A DNA stretch of 64,000 bases, from contig NC_043020.1 of the NCBI RefSeq assembly GCF_006345805.1, positions 18,476,001-18,540,000 of the forward strand, given 5' to 3'. This stretch comes from Octopus sinensis (lineage: Eukaryota). This document shows, piece by piece, positions 26,971 to 39,422 of this stretch. Each line of letters begins with the position of its first letter. The stretch's first letter is position 1. A program made the translations under genes and the position numbers. The notes under the pieces were generated by a model. The model saw nothing but the letters and a program-made list of their open reading frames with translations, was not told the origin of the DNA and did no database searches.

Positions 26971-27166
26971 TTCAAACTTTGCTTTTCATACATTTATTCA
27001 AACCCAAAAGAATTCCTCTGAGCACACTGCAAATCTGTGGTCCTTAGCAGAGTACTTGCTGAATCTGTCTGAAATGTGATGGCAAACAGGTCAGTTTCAA
27101 AACATTGATGTCCACATCACAAAAGCAATGTTTGAAGGGAATAGTAGTCATTTGATTTCTAGATAG

Positions 27167-27568
27167 GTGCAGGAGTGGCTGTGTGGTAAGTAGCTTGCTA
27201 ACCAACCACATGGTTCCAGGTTCAGTCCCACTGCGTGGCATCTTGGGCAATGTCTTTTGCTATAGCCCCGGGCCGACCAATGCCTTGTGAGTGGATTTGG
27301 TAGACAGAAACTGAAAGAAGCCTGTCGTATATATGTATATTTATATATATATGTATGTGTGTGTATGTTTGTGTGTCTGTGTTTGTCCCCCTAGCATTGC
27401 TTGGCAACCGATGCTAGTGTGTTTACGTCCCCGTCAATTAGCGGTTCGGCAAAAGAGACCGATAGAATAAGTACTGGGCTTACAAAGAATAAGTCCTGGG
27501 GTCGATTTGCTCGACTAAAGGCGGTGCTCCAGCATGGCCGCAGTCAAATGACTGAAACAAGTAAAAGT
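27167..27568 (+). mobile_element. SINE family 1 (young, CpGs retained)
   Basis: Full-length copy. Confidence 0.85.
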
Positions 27569-27947
27569 AAGTAATAGAAGTAAATAGGAAATAACACTTA
27601 AAAATACACAAAAAGTAATGGGAAGTAAATAAAATAATAAATTAGTTTAACTAATTACACCATATGAAACAAGCATAATTTATTATCAGCCAATATATCA
27701 CCCTACTTTCCATAGTCTAGATTGCATTTGAAGCAGTCAACTTGTCAGCTGTCAGTGATTCTGAAGTTTGATATTTTGTCAACGGTTCTTTGTAACAAGG
27801 TGTTCTTCATATCAGTGGTTCTCAACTGGAGTCCTTATGGCCCTTGGGGGTCTGTATGGTGCTTGGGGGTCCACATAAGATTTTGTCATTAAAATATGAA
27901 TTTTAATAATTGGCTATACTTCTACAATACACAAAATATTTTTTTTT

Positions 27948-28295
27948 ATCTTTTACTTGTTTCAGTCCTTAGACTGTGGACATGCTGGGGCACTGCCTTG
28001 AAGAATTTTTAGTCGAATGAATCAACCCCAGTACTTATTTTTTTTATAGCCTGATACTTATTCTGTTGGTTTCTTTTGCTGAACTGCTAAAGGGATATAA
28101 ACACACCAGCACCTGTTAAGTGGAAGTGGGGGTACAAATACTGACACACACACATGCACACGAGAGGCTTCTTTCAGTTTCCGTTTACCAAATCTACTCA
28201 TAAGGCTTTGGTCAGCTTGAGGCTGTAGTAGAACACTTGCCCAAGGTGCCACACGAGGGACTGAAACTGGCACTATGTGATTGGGAAGCAAACTT
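27948..28295 (-). mobile_element. SINE family 1 nested in a hAT-like MITE
   Basis: Reverse copy; MITE sequence precedes it (from about 27811) and resumes at about 28297. Confidence 0.7.
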
Positions 28296-28756
28296 AATTC
28301 CTAACAATATTTAATTATAAAAGTATAATAGGATTTTTTAAACATGGAATGACCATGAGGGCCCACCTGAGTTAAAGAGGAATCAGAGGGGTCCACTCAC
28401 AAGGCTTTGGTTGGCTTGAGGCTGTAGTTGAAGGCACTTGCGTAAGGTGCCATGCAATGAGAATGAACCTGGAACCATGTGGTTGGGAAGCAAGCTTCTT
28501 ACCACCCAGCCATGCCTGCACCTGTAACTTTGCATTTTTATAGGTTGGTATGTTGCCCCTATATAAATGCTTTTCTACCTCTGGGAAGAAGTGATCCCTT
28601 TTAGTCTGGCCTCTATGTTTTGACCTGTCCATCACGGGAGGCCCTACAAGGAGTTTGTGATCTGCTGGCATAGTTCTTAGGGACAGTGAGGCACACAAGC
28701 CACCATGCTACAACAAGGACTGGAATTTATGATGGAACTGCTTATACTATATTGAC

Positions 28757-29310
28757 AGGGCTGGTGTTAGGAAGTGCAGGTCCCAATTAGAGAATTGTAG
28801 TTGGAGCCCTCTACTCTACAAAAGCTGAAGATTGATGTTTTAAGCTTCATGTAGTATACCAGTCCCAGCCAAAGAATGTTGAGGGCTTGAGGCTCAACCA
28901 TTAGCCACAATGATATATTAAAAATTCATCATAGCATCCTTCAGTTGTGTGTGTGGGGCCCTCTCTTGATGCAGGGCCCAGTTTAAACGTGTCTATCTAA
29001 TTGGTTTAATTGTTTGTGTGTGCAGGGCCAGCACTAGGAAGTGCTGGGCCCAATTAGAGAATTGTCAGTAGGGCCTTCTTCTCTACAAAAGCTAAAGATT
29101 GATGTTTTATGCTTCATGTAGTACACCAGTCCCAGCAAAAAAGTGTTGAAATTTTGAAGCTCTACCATTAGCCACAATGATGTACTAAAAGTTTATCATA
29201 GCATCCTCTTCTTGAGCGTGTGCATGAGACCTTCACTTGGCTCTCTCTTGTGCATGAGGTCCTCTACTTTGAACAAATTTAATTGGCTTATAACCAGCTC
29301 TGACTATGTA
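28757..29310. repeat. Two tandem ~270-bp copies of a MITE-like element
   Basis: Units start CAGGGCTGGTGTTAGGAAGTGC (28757) and CAGGGCCAGCACTAGGAAGTGC (29023) and share CCAATTAGAGAATTGT..CTCTACAAAAGCT..CCATTAGCCACAATGAT. Confidence 0.7.
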
Positions 29311-30112
29311 CCAATTAGTACTACTCAAAGTTTATGTCACTAAAATTACTGGTACCTTATTGTATTCAGCAGTCAAGTTCTTTAACAGAACATCAATGAA
29401 GTTACTCTGCTTGGAGAATGTAAATAGTGAAAAGGGAACTCTTCTAGTATCTCATAGTAAGAAGAAATAGTCAGCATTTTAGGAAGGACTCTTAGTTCTC
29501 AATTATACTATATTCTTACTGGTTTCAGTCTTTTTACTATGACCTTGCTGGTACACTGTCTTCTGGGATTTTAGTTTATATTGATCTTTGTGATTAATTT
29601 GATGTTTGTTTTATTGGTCTTTATTGGTTGGTATAAAGTGGCCTAACTTGGCGCTTATGCACCACATTAGTATTTTCATCAGATACAACTACACACATAC
29701 ACACACACACATGCATGTGCACATGCATCTGAAAAGTGTTTTACAGTTTCTGTTTTCAAAATTTCATTCACAAAGCACAGGTTTTTCAACCACATGGTCC
29801 CAGACCAACCAAAACCTTACAAGTGAATTTGGTAGACAGAAATGTAATGTCTGTTTTCCATGCAGGCCTGGGTTGGATGGCTTGGCAGGAACTGGCAGGG
29901 CCAGGGTCCACACCAGGTTCCATAGTCTGTCTTGTCTTGGTTTCCATAGCTGGATGCCCCTCCTAACACCAACAACTTCACAGAGTGTACTGGGTGCTTT
30001 TTATGTGTCACCAGTACCCACATCAATGCTTTTTATGTAGCATCTTGGTTTTAGGATCTCAATTGTAGTGGGCAGGTCTTCTTGCTATAGCAATGTGCCT
30101 CATATCTCTTTC

Positions 30113-30500
30113 TCTCTTACTTGTTTCAGTCATTTGACTGGCCATGCTGGAGCACTGTTTTTAATCGAGCAACTCGACCCAGGACTTATTCTTTGTAAGC
30201 CCAGTACTTATTCTGTCGGTCTCTTTTGCCGAACTGCTAAGTGATGGGGACATAAACACACCAGCATCAGTTGTCAAGCGATGTTGGATGGGACAAACAT
30301 ACACGCACACACACATATATATATATATACATATATACAACGGGCTTCTTTCAGTTTCCGTCTACCAAATCCACTCATAAGGCTTTGGTTGGCCCAAGGC
30401 TATAGTAGAAGACACTTGCCCAAGGTGCCACACTATGGGAATGAACCCGGAACCATGTGGTTGGTAAACAAGCTACTTACCACACAGCCACTCCTGCGCC
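30113..30500 (-). mobile_element. SINE family 1
   Basis: Full-length reverse copy. Confidence 0.85.
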
Positions 30501-31638
30501 TATGTCATACATATGTGTCATATATATGTATATGTACACCGTTCCAACTTCTCTTTCATCAGCTTTATTGTGTCTCATTTTCCACTTGTCAAATCACACC
30601 AGACATTACCCAATTCTGCTTTTCTAGAACTGTAACTCTCAGCAAGTCTCTCTTTTCCCCACATTCCCCCTACTGGTAGTAATCTGTATAAGATCAAGTT
30701 ATCAGTCTGGGATGTCTTCTATGGATATCTGACACTCCCTCTTTAACCTGGTTTAAATTTTATAAAACAAATGCACTTTTTTGAAAATTGGCTCTGATAT
30801 ATTTGGATATGGAATAAAAATGAATCAAAGTAGACACTGAATTTATAAATCCTTCTCCCTGCATATATATATCCATACACCTGCACATCATATGAATGCC
30901 TCTATATACATATACATGAAACATAATTTCTGCAATATACTTAAAACTACTCTAATTTTACTTATTTTATTTTCTATATGTTTCCAACCTTTTCCAATAT
31001 TGGTTTCAAATTTAGGCACAAGGCCAGCAATTTTGGGGAAGGAGCTAAGTCAATTAGATCAACTCCAGTGCTCAGCTGGTACTTATTTTATTGATCCTAA
31101 AAGGATAAGAGATGAAGTCGACCATGGCTGAATTTGAACTCAGAACATAGACAGACAAAATGCCACTAAGAATTTTGCCCAGCTTGCTAATCATTCTGTC
31201 AGCTTGCTGCCCTAACCTTTCCCAATATTATTGTTTGTCCTAAGTTGTTTTGTCTTTAGTATTTATATTCCTCCCCCGCTCTCTCTCACACTATCTGTGA
31301 GTGTGTGTTTTTGTGTGTGTGTCACTGAGCTGACTGTTATTACAAGGGAGATAATAATGTCTTCATGATAGGTGTGATTTGGATTTGAAATTAAGGAAAG
31401 GAAGATTCATAGAATATAAACATTCCGTTTTTCTTTATTGTTTTTTTTAGTTTGTTTATTAAAAATTTCATAAAATTTCTGGTCAGTGGTAATCATGTAT
31501 AACACTATTTAATTTTTTTGTCATTTTTATTTTATCAGAAACCTTTTTTTTTTTTAGAAACACACACACACCCATCCATCCATGCCTACTTCTTGTTAAT
31601 ACTTTTTATATTTTGCCTCTCTTGTTTTCCTAATTTAG

Positions 31639-31883
31639 TAACCCAGGAACACCAAAGAAAGATGACAAGCTAAAAAACAAGACGAAGGACTCCTTCCGGG
31701 ACTTTGAAAATGAGACATCAGATGCTTGGGACGATGGCGATGATGATCTAATATTGATGGCCACTGTTCAAATGTCCTTAAAGGATGTCCAGTCGACTGC
31801 ACGTGCTGTACTTGACAATCACAGTAAACAGTTTCAAGCTCTTAACGGTACCTCACAGGGATCTCCAGTCAAATCCCCATCAG
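31639..31883 (+). CDS. TBC1D22: TBC1D22 exon 3: NPGTPKK...SFRDFENETSDAWDDGDDDLILMA...ARAVLDNHSKQ...SPS
   Basis: TAG acceptor, GTTGGT donor, 245 nt, phase 2-1. F.DFE.ETSDAWD.GDDD and VL.NHS match TBC1D22A/B. Confidence 0.92.
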
Positions 31884-31972
31884 GTTGGTGCTTCTGCACA
31901 ATTTTTGCTTTTAGACCAATTTTATTTATAGTTTTAGACTAATTTTATTAATAGATCAATTATGTGTATGTA

Positions 31973-32625
31973 TCAGGTCATCCCATAAGTTCTGTCCGAT
32001 TTTACCTTTTTTAAAATTGAATGGAATTTAATAGTATTTTAGAATGTCTAATGGAATTAAAAATTATTTTTATGCATTTGTGTACATTTAAACTAATTAA
32101 ATATTATTTTACAGAATAAGGGAATTAAAATTTCTTTGATTAAAACCCTTTCTAACATGGAAGTATCCAAAGTGCATTTGAGGCACATAATGCTTTATGA
32201 GTACAAAAAAAGGAAACTCTGCAGCCGAAGCGACTCGAAACATACACTCAGTTTATGGGAAAGAATGCTTGAATGAAAGAACTTGCAGAAGATGGTTTGC
32301 AAAATTCAGAAATGGAGATTTCAGCCTTGAAGATGAAGATCGAACAGGACGTCCAGTTGAGTTTGATGATAAGCTCCTTGAGGGATTACTTGAAGAAAAT
32401 CCTGCATTATCAGTTGAAAAATTAGCAATAAAGCTTAGTTCAAACCATACAATTGTTCATCGTCATCTTCAACAACTTGGAAAGGTTCCTAAACTTTGAA
32501 AATGGGTGCCTCATGAATTGTCTGAAAGCAACCACAAATCCCAAGTTGACATCTGCTCTTCTCTCCATTCTCGCGAACTCATTTCACCCTTTTTGGATAG
32601 ACTTGTGACTGGTGACAAAAAATGC
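31973..32625 (+). mobile_element. Mariner transposon, 5' half (left TIR + N-terminal transposase), disabled
   Basis: TA|TCAGGTCATCCCATAAG left end. ATG at 32157 MEVSKVHLRHIMLYEYKK, frameshift, GNSAAEATRNI...WFAKFRNGDFSLEDEDRTGRP, in-frame TGA, then the WVPHEL motif and LVTGD, then truncation. Confidence 0.9.
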
Positions 32626-32778
32626 TGATAGGAAATGTTTTCATTTATTAACTTGATCAGCTCAGGCTGGGAATGAACTCATGTCTTTATTTTTGGCTTT
32701 TGTTTAGATTTCTGTATCTTTCTTAAATAATTTTGTTTCTTTCATTTGATTTGATTTCTCTTCTTTTCTTTCCCACAG

Positions 32779-32979
32779 GATGTCACATGACTGCAATTCC
32801 GTCAGCCATTTCTTTAGGTGCTGGACCGGGTGTAGGTGTGCGTCTCAACAGTCACTGGCAGCCTCCTAGAATTACGCCTTTGCGGTTTGGTCAGCCATCA
32901 GTGCCAGATCGAGAATCTGCTAAATTAGAAAAATTTCACACTTTACTAACATCACTAACATCATCAAATGCAGGTTTAG
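32779..32979 (+). CDS. TBC1D22: TBC1D22 exon 4: GCHMTAIPSA...PDRESAKLEKFHTLLTSLTSSNAGL
   Basis: CAG acceptor, GTGAGA donor, 201 nt, phase 1-1. RE..KLEKF..LL matches TBC1D22B (REKTRLEKFRQLL). Confidence 0.88.
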
Positions 32980-33144
32980 GTGAGAAGGATTCTCAAATTA
33001 ATATTCACTTTATTATTATCATTGCTGTTTTTATTATTTTGTTTTGTTTTTCTGCAGTTTGATGTTAACCCCAGGTTATCCCTGATAGGGCAGATCTGTC
33101 TATGATTAAAAAATGTTCTATTTATCACAATCTGGTCTTTCTTT

Positions 33145-33320
33145 TGAGATACAGTGTATGTCTATGATTACATTATCCAGTGTGTCTTTTTCAGACAGTG
33201 TGTATTGTTTGATTACATTAACTAGTGTCTTTCAGACACAGTGTGTATGCTATGATTACATTAACCAGTGAGCCCTTTGAGTCATTCTGTATGTCTATGA
33301 TTACATTAACCTGTGAGCCC
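33145..33320. repeat. ~40-bp minisatellite, about 5 degenerate units
   Basis: Recurring core (TA)TGATTACATTA(A/T)CCAGTG. Confidence 0.75.
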
Positions 33321-33339
33321 AATGGTTTCCCTTCATGGC

Positions 33340-33786
33340 AGAATTAATAGTCAAGACTATTTAAGCATTGTATCTGATCAAATGCATCTTGTGGTTGTGG
33401 AACTGTTTCCGGAGGGAACCACAATCTTTCAGGATGACAATGCACCAATTCACACAGCTAAAGTTTGTTACTGGATGGCATGAGGAACATTCTAGTGAAG
33501 TTTATCTGGCCACCACAGTCCCCAGATCTCAATATTATTGAACATTTATGGTGCATTTTAGAAAAACAAGTAAGGTGTTGATATCCTCCACCATCATCAC
33601 TATAAGAACTGGAGACTGTTTTAGCTGAAGAATGGACAAAAATTCCTTTGGAAACAATTCAAACTTTCTGAGTCCATACTTCGTAGAATTCAAGCTGTAA
33701 TTTCTGCCAAAGGCAGCCCTATCCCATATTAAAATAAATTTATTTAAAATTTTAAGGCATTTCCATTATTTTGTCCAACCCCTGTA
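33340..33786 (+). mobile_element. Tc1-family transposon, 3' remnant
   Basis: Decayed peptides IFQDDNAPIHTAK, WPPQSPDLNIIEHLW and RRIQAVISAKG; ends TTTTGTCCAACCCCTG|TA. Confidence 0.85.
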
Positions 33787-34549
33787 TATATATATTAAAG
33801 GGTATCTAAGAGATAGTACCATGCTATTTCTAGCATGGTGGTATCTCTTAGATACTCTTATTTATAATTTTGATAATTATTATAACCTATAAGATTTTTT
33901 CTTTCCATGCTGCCACTTCATTTGATTGCTATTTAAAATAAAGCTCTTATCCTTATTTATATAGAAATTATATATATATATATATATATCAGGCTCCAGT
34001 CTGATTTGGCAGTGCTGTAGAAACACTGCCAGATCAGACTGGAGCCTGGTGCAGCCTTCTGGCTTCCCAGATCCCCGGTCGAACCGTCCAACCCATGCTA
34101 GCATGGAGAACGGATGTTAAACGACGATGATGATGATATATATATATATATATACACATACACACCCACACATGAGCATTTTTTTTTAGTTTCTGTTTAC
34201 CAAATTTCCCCCTTGTTGAAAAGCGTTCTTCTAAATTACACAACTAGGAATGTAATCAGTGTTTTGTAAAGTGGTTTGTAACTGGAAGCCAAACATAGAA
34301 TCCAAGCCAGAAGTGAAATGCGACTAAGATGTGGTTCTCCAGCCCAGCTAGTGACCACTACCTCCTGAATAAGTGCCAACTCCAACCTTGGCAACCCATC
34401 CAACCCAGTACCTGTATGGAAAATGGATATGAAATGACTAAGATGAGTGATATACCTTATGTGTGTGTGTATATATCTTGACTTTGTGCCTGTGATATAA
34501 ATCACTCTGATTCTGACTGTACATATATATTTTTTCTTTTGTTACTTAG

Positions 34550-34620
34550 AAAAATTACGTAAACTCAGTTGGTCTGGCATCCCAAAATCAGTGAGACCCA
34601 CAGCATGGAAAATTTTATCT
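34550..34620 (+). CDS. TBC1D22: TBC1D22 exon 5: EKLRKLSWSGIPKSVRPTAWKILS
   Basis: TAG acceptor, GTAAGT donor, 71 nt, phase 1-0; start of the TBC domain. Confidence 0.95.
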
Positions 34621-35091
34621 GTAAGTGAAACTTTGCATTCTTTTTCTTTATAAAGCATTATTAATATGAGGTGATGACAAGTGACTGAGACTTTTGGTGA
34701 GTTGCTCTGCTTGAGAAGATACATCAAGCTAAGTGAAATTGTAGTCAGGGTCAGTGCCAGTGACACACGAAAGGTACCCATGCTGGTGAGACATAAAAGG
34801 CACTCAGTACACTCTATGGAGTGGCTGGCATTAGGGAGAGCATCCAGCTATAGAAACCAAGTCAAAACAGACTGGAACCTGGTGCAGCTCTCTGGTTTGC
34901 CAGTTCCAGTCAAACTGTCTAACCCATGCTAGCATGGAAAATGGATGCTCAATGATGATGGTGATGATGTGTGGCTTGCTTCCCAATCATGTGAGAGGTG
35001 GATCTGGTCAGTTTTAACATAAAACAAGAATATATAAATATATGTGTACATAAAACAAATAGAATATTTGGGCCAGATATGGATGGATTAA

Positions 35092-36661
35092 TAATAATAA
35101 TAATAATAATAATAATTGTGTACAGTGCTCAGGTGCACTACAACTCATCGAAAGTGTATATATAATCAGGTGTAGTTTCGACGGATTTCGGAAAGCATGA
35201 GGGCCTTAAAGGATGCAGTGTCATGGCAGTCAACAACTGACGCAGGCAGTTTATTCCATGCTTCAGCAACTCTGAGTGTGAAGAAATGTTTCCGAAAGTC
35301 ATGGGAGCTGTGTTGTTTTCTGACTTTGTGGGCATGTCCACGTGTGTTAGACACATGGAGATCAAAAAGGTGTTCAGTGTTGTTATTGGTGAGGTGGTTG
35401 ACAACTTTGTGGGTGCTTACCAAGTCCGTCGCCAGACGCCGGAGCTTCAGTGAATCCATGCCCAGGGAAACAAGGCGCTCAGAATATGGTAGGTGTCTGA
35501 TGGAGGGTATGCGTTTGGTTGCACGTCTCTGAACAGATTCCAGGAGGTCAATGTTCTGAGCAAGATAGGGGTTCCAAACTGATGATGCGAATTCCAAGTG
35601 TGGTCGTACCATAGCTGTATACAGTTTTAAATAGATGGCTGGAGAGCGGCTAACAAAAGTCTTGCTGAGTGATGCCAAGACACCCTCGGCCTTCTTGACA
35701 ATTTTAGAGATATGCTTTGTCCAACGCAAATCACTGCTGACAGTGATGCCTAGGTCACGCTCGCAAGAGGATTTCTTGATATCAGTGTTGTGGAGGGAGT
35801 ATGTGGACGCAGGTTTTTTTCTCCCAAAATGCATGGTGGTACACTTGTCCACAGCCAGTTTCAGTTGCCAGTCTGTGATCCATTGCTGCATTGTGTCCAG
35901 GTCTGATTGCAGGAAAGAGCTGTAGACAACAGGATCTGTCCTCTTGATTTCAAGGTACAGCTTGATGTTGTCTGCATATTTTAATACTGTGGCATTCTTT
36001 AAATTTGCATCTATGTCATTAATGTATGCCACAAACAAGAGGGGACCAAGGACAGATCCCTGTGGTACACCCGATGACATCTCATATGGTGTAGAATGCT
36101 GTCCTAGAACTGTGACTACCTCCTTTCGGTTGAGAATGAAGGACTTCAACCAGTTAAAAAGGTCATCCCTCACACCCATTGCAGAGAGTTTCACCATAAG
36201 CCTTTTGTGTGGCACAGAGTTGAAAGCCTTAGCAAAGTCAAGGTAGACAACATCCACCCATGAGCCACTGTCAGTGATCTGAGTAATGTCCTCAAGGAAC
36301 TCGACAAGCTGATCACTGCAGCTGGAGTTAGGGACAAATCCATATTGTGAGGGTCGGATGAGACTGTGTGAGCTCCAGAAGTTCCAAAGTGTTTCTCTGA
36401 CACACGATTCCATCAGTTTTGCAATACAGCTAGTGAGACTGACTGGGCGATAGTTGACAGGTGATGTGCGGTCGCCCTTCTTGAACAGAGGAATGACACT
36501 GGCAGTTTTCCACTGTTCCGGAGTAGCACCATTGTTGAGACAGTACTGGAAGAAAGTAGAGAGCTGGTGTAAAAGGAAGTACCTGCCACGTTTGAGAAGC
36601 AGGTATGTAACTCCATCAAGACCAGGGGAGGCATAGTTGCGCTTATTTTGAAGGTGACGTC
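35092..36661 (-). mobile_element. CR1-clade LINE, 5'-truncated, RT frame open for about 490 codons
   Basis: ORF 35166-36413 extends in frame to about 36642 (NYRPVSLTS, QYGF, YLDFAKAFNSVPH, GVPQGSVLGP, YADN, VQRRATK). (ATT)n tail at 35092-35116; possible GATTAA TSD at 35086-35091 and 36662-36667. Confidence 0.92.
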
Positions 36662-36857
36662 GATTAAATGGTTAAGAGTACATGTGTCTGTAAAATACCC
36701 AGTCACTTATATGTTAGTTCAGGGGCAGAATTAAGTTGATTAAACAACTGAATCCTCAATGTTGAAACCATCTTCAACTAAAGTTGAAATAAAAATGTCT
36801 TAATACTTGAGAAGAGTTGTTGTTAATAAGATAATTTTCCAACTTACAGTGCATCAT

Positions 36858-38879
36858 ATCATCATCATCATCATCATTTAGCGTCCGTTTTCCATGCTAG
36901 CATGGGTTGGACGGTTCTACTGGGGTCTGTGAAGCCAGAAGGCTTCATGAGGCCCAGTCAAATCTGGCAGTGTTTCTACGGCTGGATGCCCTTCCTAACG
37001 CCAACCACTCCGTGAGTGTAGTGGGTGCTTTTTATGTGCCACCCGCACTGGTGCCAGACAGAGCTGGCAAACGGCCACGAACGGATGGTGCTTTTTATGT
37101 GCCACCGGCACGAGGGCCAGGCGAGGCTGGCAACGGACACGAAACGGGGCGGTGCTGGCAACGGTCGTGAAACGGAAAGTTCTCTTACATGCCACCGGCA
37201 CTGGTAACACATCTGCAATTTCCATTGATCGATTTCCATTGATCGATTTCGATTCTGATCCTCACTTGCCTCAATGGGTCTTCACAAGCAGAGTTTCGAC
37301 ATGCCACCGGCACTGGTAGCACATCCGCAATTTCCATTGATCGATTTCGATTCTGATCCTCACTTGCCTCAACACGTCTTCACAAGTAGAGTTTTGTGTC
37401 CCAAGAAGGGAAGGTATGCATACGTAGGCTGGCTCCATCCCATGTAGAAGGCCACGGGTTGTGGACTCACTTGTCCTGCCGGGTCTTCTCGCGCACAGCA
37501 CACTTCCAGAGGTCTCGGTCTCTAGTCATTTCCTCAGTGAGACCTAAAGTTCGAAGGTCGTGCTTCACCACCTCGTCCCAGGTTTTCCTGGGTCTGCCTC
37601 TTCCACAGGTTCCCTCAACCGCTAGGGTGTGGCACTTTTTCACACAACTATCTTCATCCATTCTCACCACATGACCATACCAGCGCAAACGTCTCTCTTG
37701 CACACCACAACTGATGCTTCTTAGGTCCAGCTTTTCTCTCAAGGTACTTACACTCTGCCGAGTGTGAGTACCGGCATTACACATCCATCGGAGCATACTG
37801 GCTTCATTTCTAGCGAGCTTACGCATATCCTCAGCAGTCACGGCCCATGTTTCACTGCCATGTAGCATGGCTGTTCGTACACACGCATCATACAGTCTGC
37901 CTTTCACTCTGTGCGAGAGGCCTTTTGTCACCAGCAGAGGTAAGAGCTCTCTGAACTTTGCCCAAGCTATTCTTACTCTAGCAGTTACACTTTCAGCACA
38001 CCCGCCCCCGCTGCTGACTTGGTCACCTAGGTAACGGAAACTATCAACTATTTCTAGTTTTTCTCCCTGGAAAGTGACGGAAGTTGGTCTCAGAGCATTT
38101 TCAGTGTTTATTGTTCCTGAGCATCTGCCACATACAAAAGCCATCTTCCTAGTTAGCCTTCCTTTGACATTGCTGCATCTCTTATGTGTCCATAGCTTAC
38201 ACTTGGTGCATCTTATAGAGTTTCTACCTACATCTTTTCTACAGATCGAGCAGGGCCATCTACCTGAAGGTGTTTGTGATTTGTCTACCTTCCTACTGAT
38301 TACGACTTTGGTTTTAGCTAGATTGACTCTGAGGCCCTTCGATTCTAATCCTTGTTTCCACACCTGAAACTTCTCCTCCAGTTCTGATAGCGACTCAGCA
38401 ATTAGAGCAAGGTCATCAGCATAGAGGAGCTCCCAAGGGCATCCTGTCTTGAATTCCTCCGTTATTGCCTGGAGGACTATGATAAATAGGAGGGGGCTGA
38501 GTACTGAGCCTTGGTGGACCCCTACCTCTACCCGGAATTCTTCACTGTACTCATTTCCAACCCTCACCCTACTAGCGGCGTCCCTATACATGGCCCGCAC
38601 AGCTCTCACTACCATTCATCTATCCCTAGTTTTCTCATTGCCCACCAGATAAGGGATCGGGGGACCCTGTCGAAGGCTTTCTCCATGTCAACAAAAGCCA
38701 GGTACAGGGGCTTATCTTTGGCTAGTATTTCTCCTGCAGCTGCCTTACCAGGAATATAGCATCAGTAGTACTTTTCCCTGGCACAAACCCAAACTGCATC
38801 TCATCTAAACTAACTCTCTCTCTAATTAGTTGGGCTATGACCCTCTCCGTAACCTTCATCACCTGGTCCAACAGCTTGA
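36858..38879 (-). mobile_element. RTE-clade LINE, 5'-truncated, with ~600-bp 3' UTR and (GAT)n tail
   Basis: QFGFVPGKSTTDAIF, DMEKAFDRVP, GVHQGSVLSPLLF, LLYADD, LRWYGHV, GRGRPRKTW. Two 1-bp frameshifts near 38725 and 38613; tail (ATC)n at 36858-36877. Confidence 0.93.
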
Positions 38880-39138
38880 CAATATTTATGTCTACACTGT
38901 TTCTAGCAATTTCATCAGAAATTGTCAATTTCTAACTGTCTTCTTTATACTTCTAGTGGATAAAGAACCTCAGTATCGATGAAAACTGTAAAGAAGCTCG
39001 TGTGTGTCTGTGGATGGATATGTGTGTTTTTTGCCTCGATACCACCTCAGTAATGGTGACATTATATCCCACGTAAACACATGCAAACTGCCCTTCCTCT
39101 TGATCATATATGCATGATTTTCTTTTTTTGTTCTTCAG

Positions 39139-39267
39139 GGTTATCTTCCTGTAGACTGTGATCGGAGGCAACCCACTTTAGAACGTAAGCGGAAGGAATA
39201 TTTCAGTTTTGTTGAACAGTATTATGGGACACGACATCAAGTTGAACATCAAGATACATTTCGACAG
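39139..39267 (+). CDS. TBC1D22: TBC1D22 exon 6: GYLPVDCDRRQPTLERKRKEYFSFVEQYYGTRHQVEHQDTFRQ
   Basis: CAG acceptor, GTCAGT donor, 129 nt, phase 0-0; GYLP..TL.RKR.EY..HQDT.RQ is conserved. Confidence 0.96.
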
Positions 39268-39422
39268 GTCAGTTTCAGTTTACAAAATAAACTCCACAAA
39301 GAAAGGAAAGCTTGAAAATTATATAGTTATATGTTTTAGTGAAAAATGTGTGTAAAATAGTGGCTTTTCTGTATTGAACAGTCACAATCATATCTCTAGC
39401 ACTACAGATATGTGATTAGATT

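Noticed and set aside
32197-32499. 100-aa ORF as a host gene (SETMAR-like)
   Set aside because: Part of a frameshifted, truncated mariner transposase with a TIR; no SET domain or splice connection seen.
33145-33320. Regularly spaced short repeats resembling a CRISPR array
   Set aside because: Eukaryotic intron; units are degenerate along their whole length with no unique spacers and no cas genes.
35197-36246. Plus-strand ORFs of 96-111 aa overlapping the CR1 element
   Set aside because: Antisense shadows of the RT reading frame; no independent homology.
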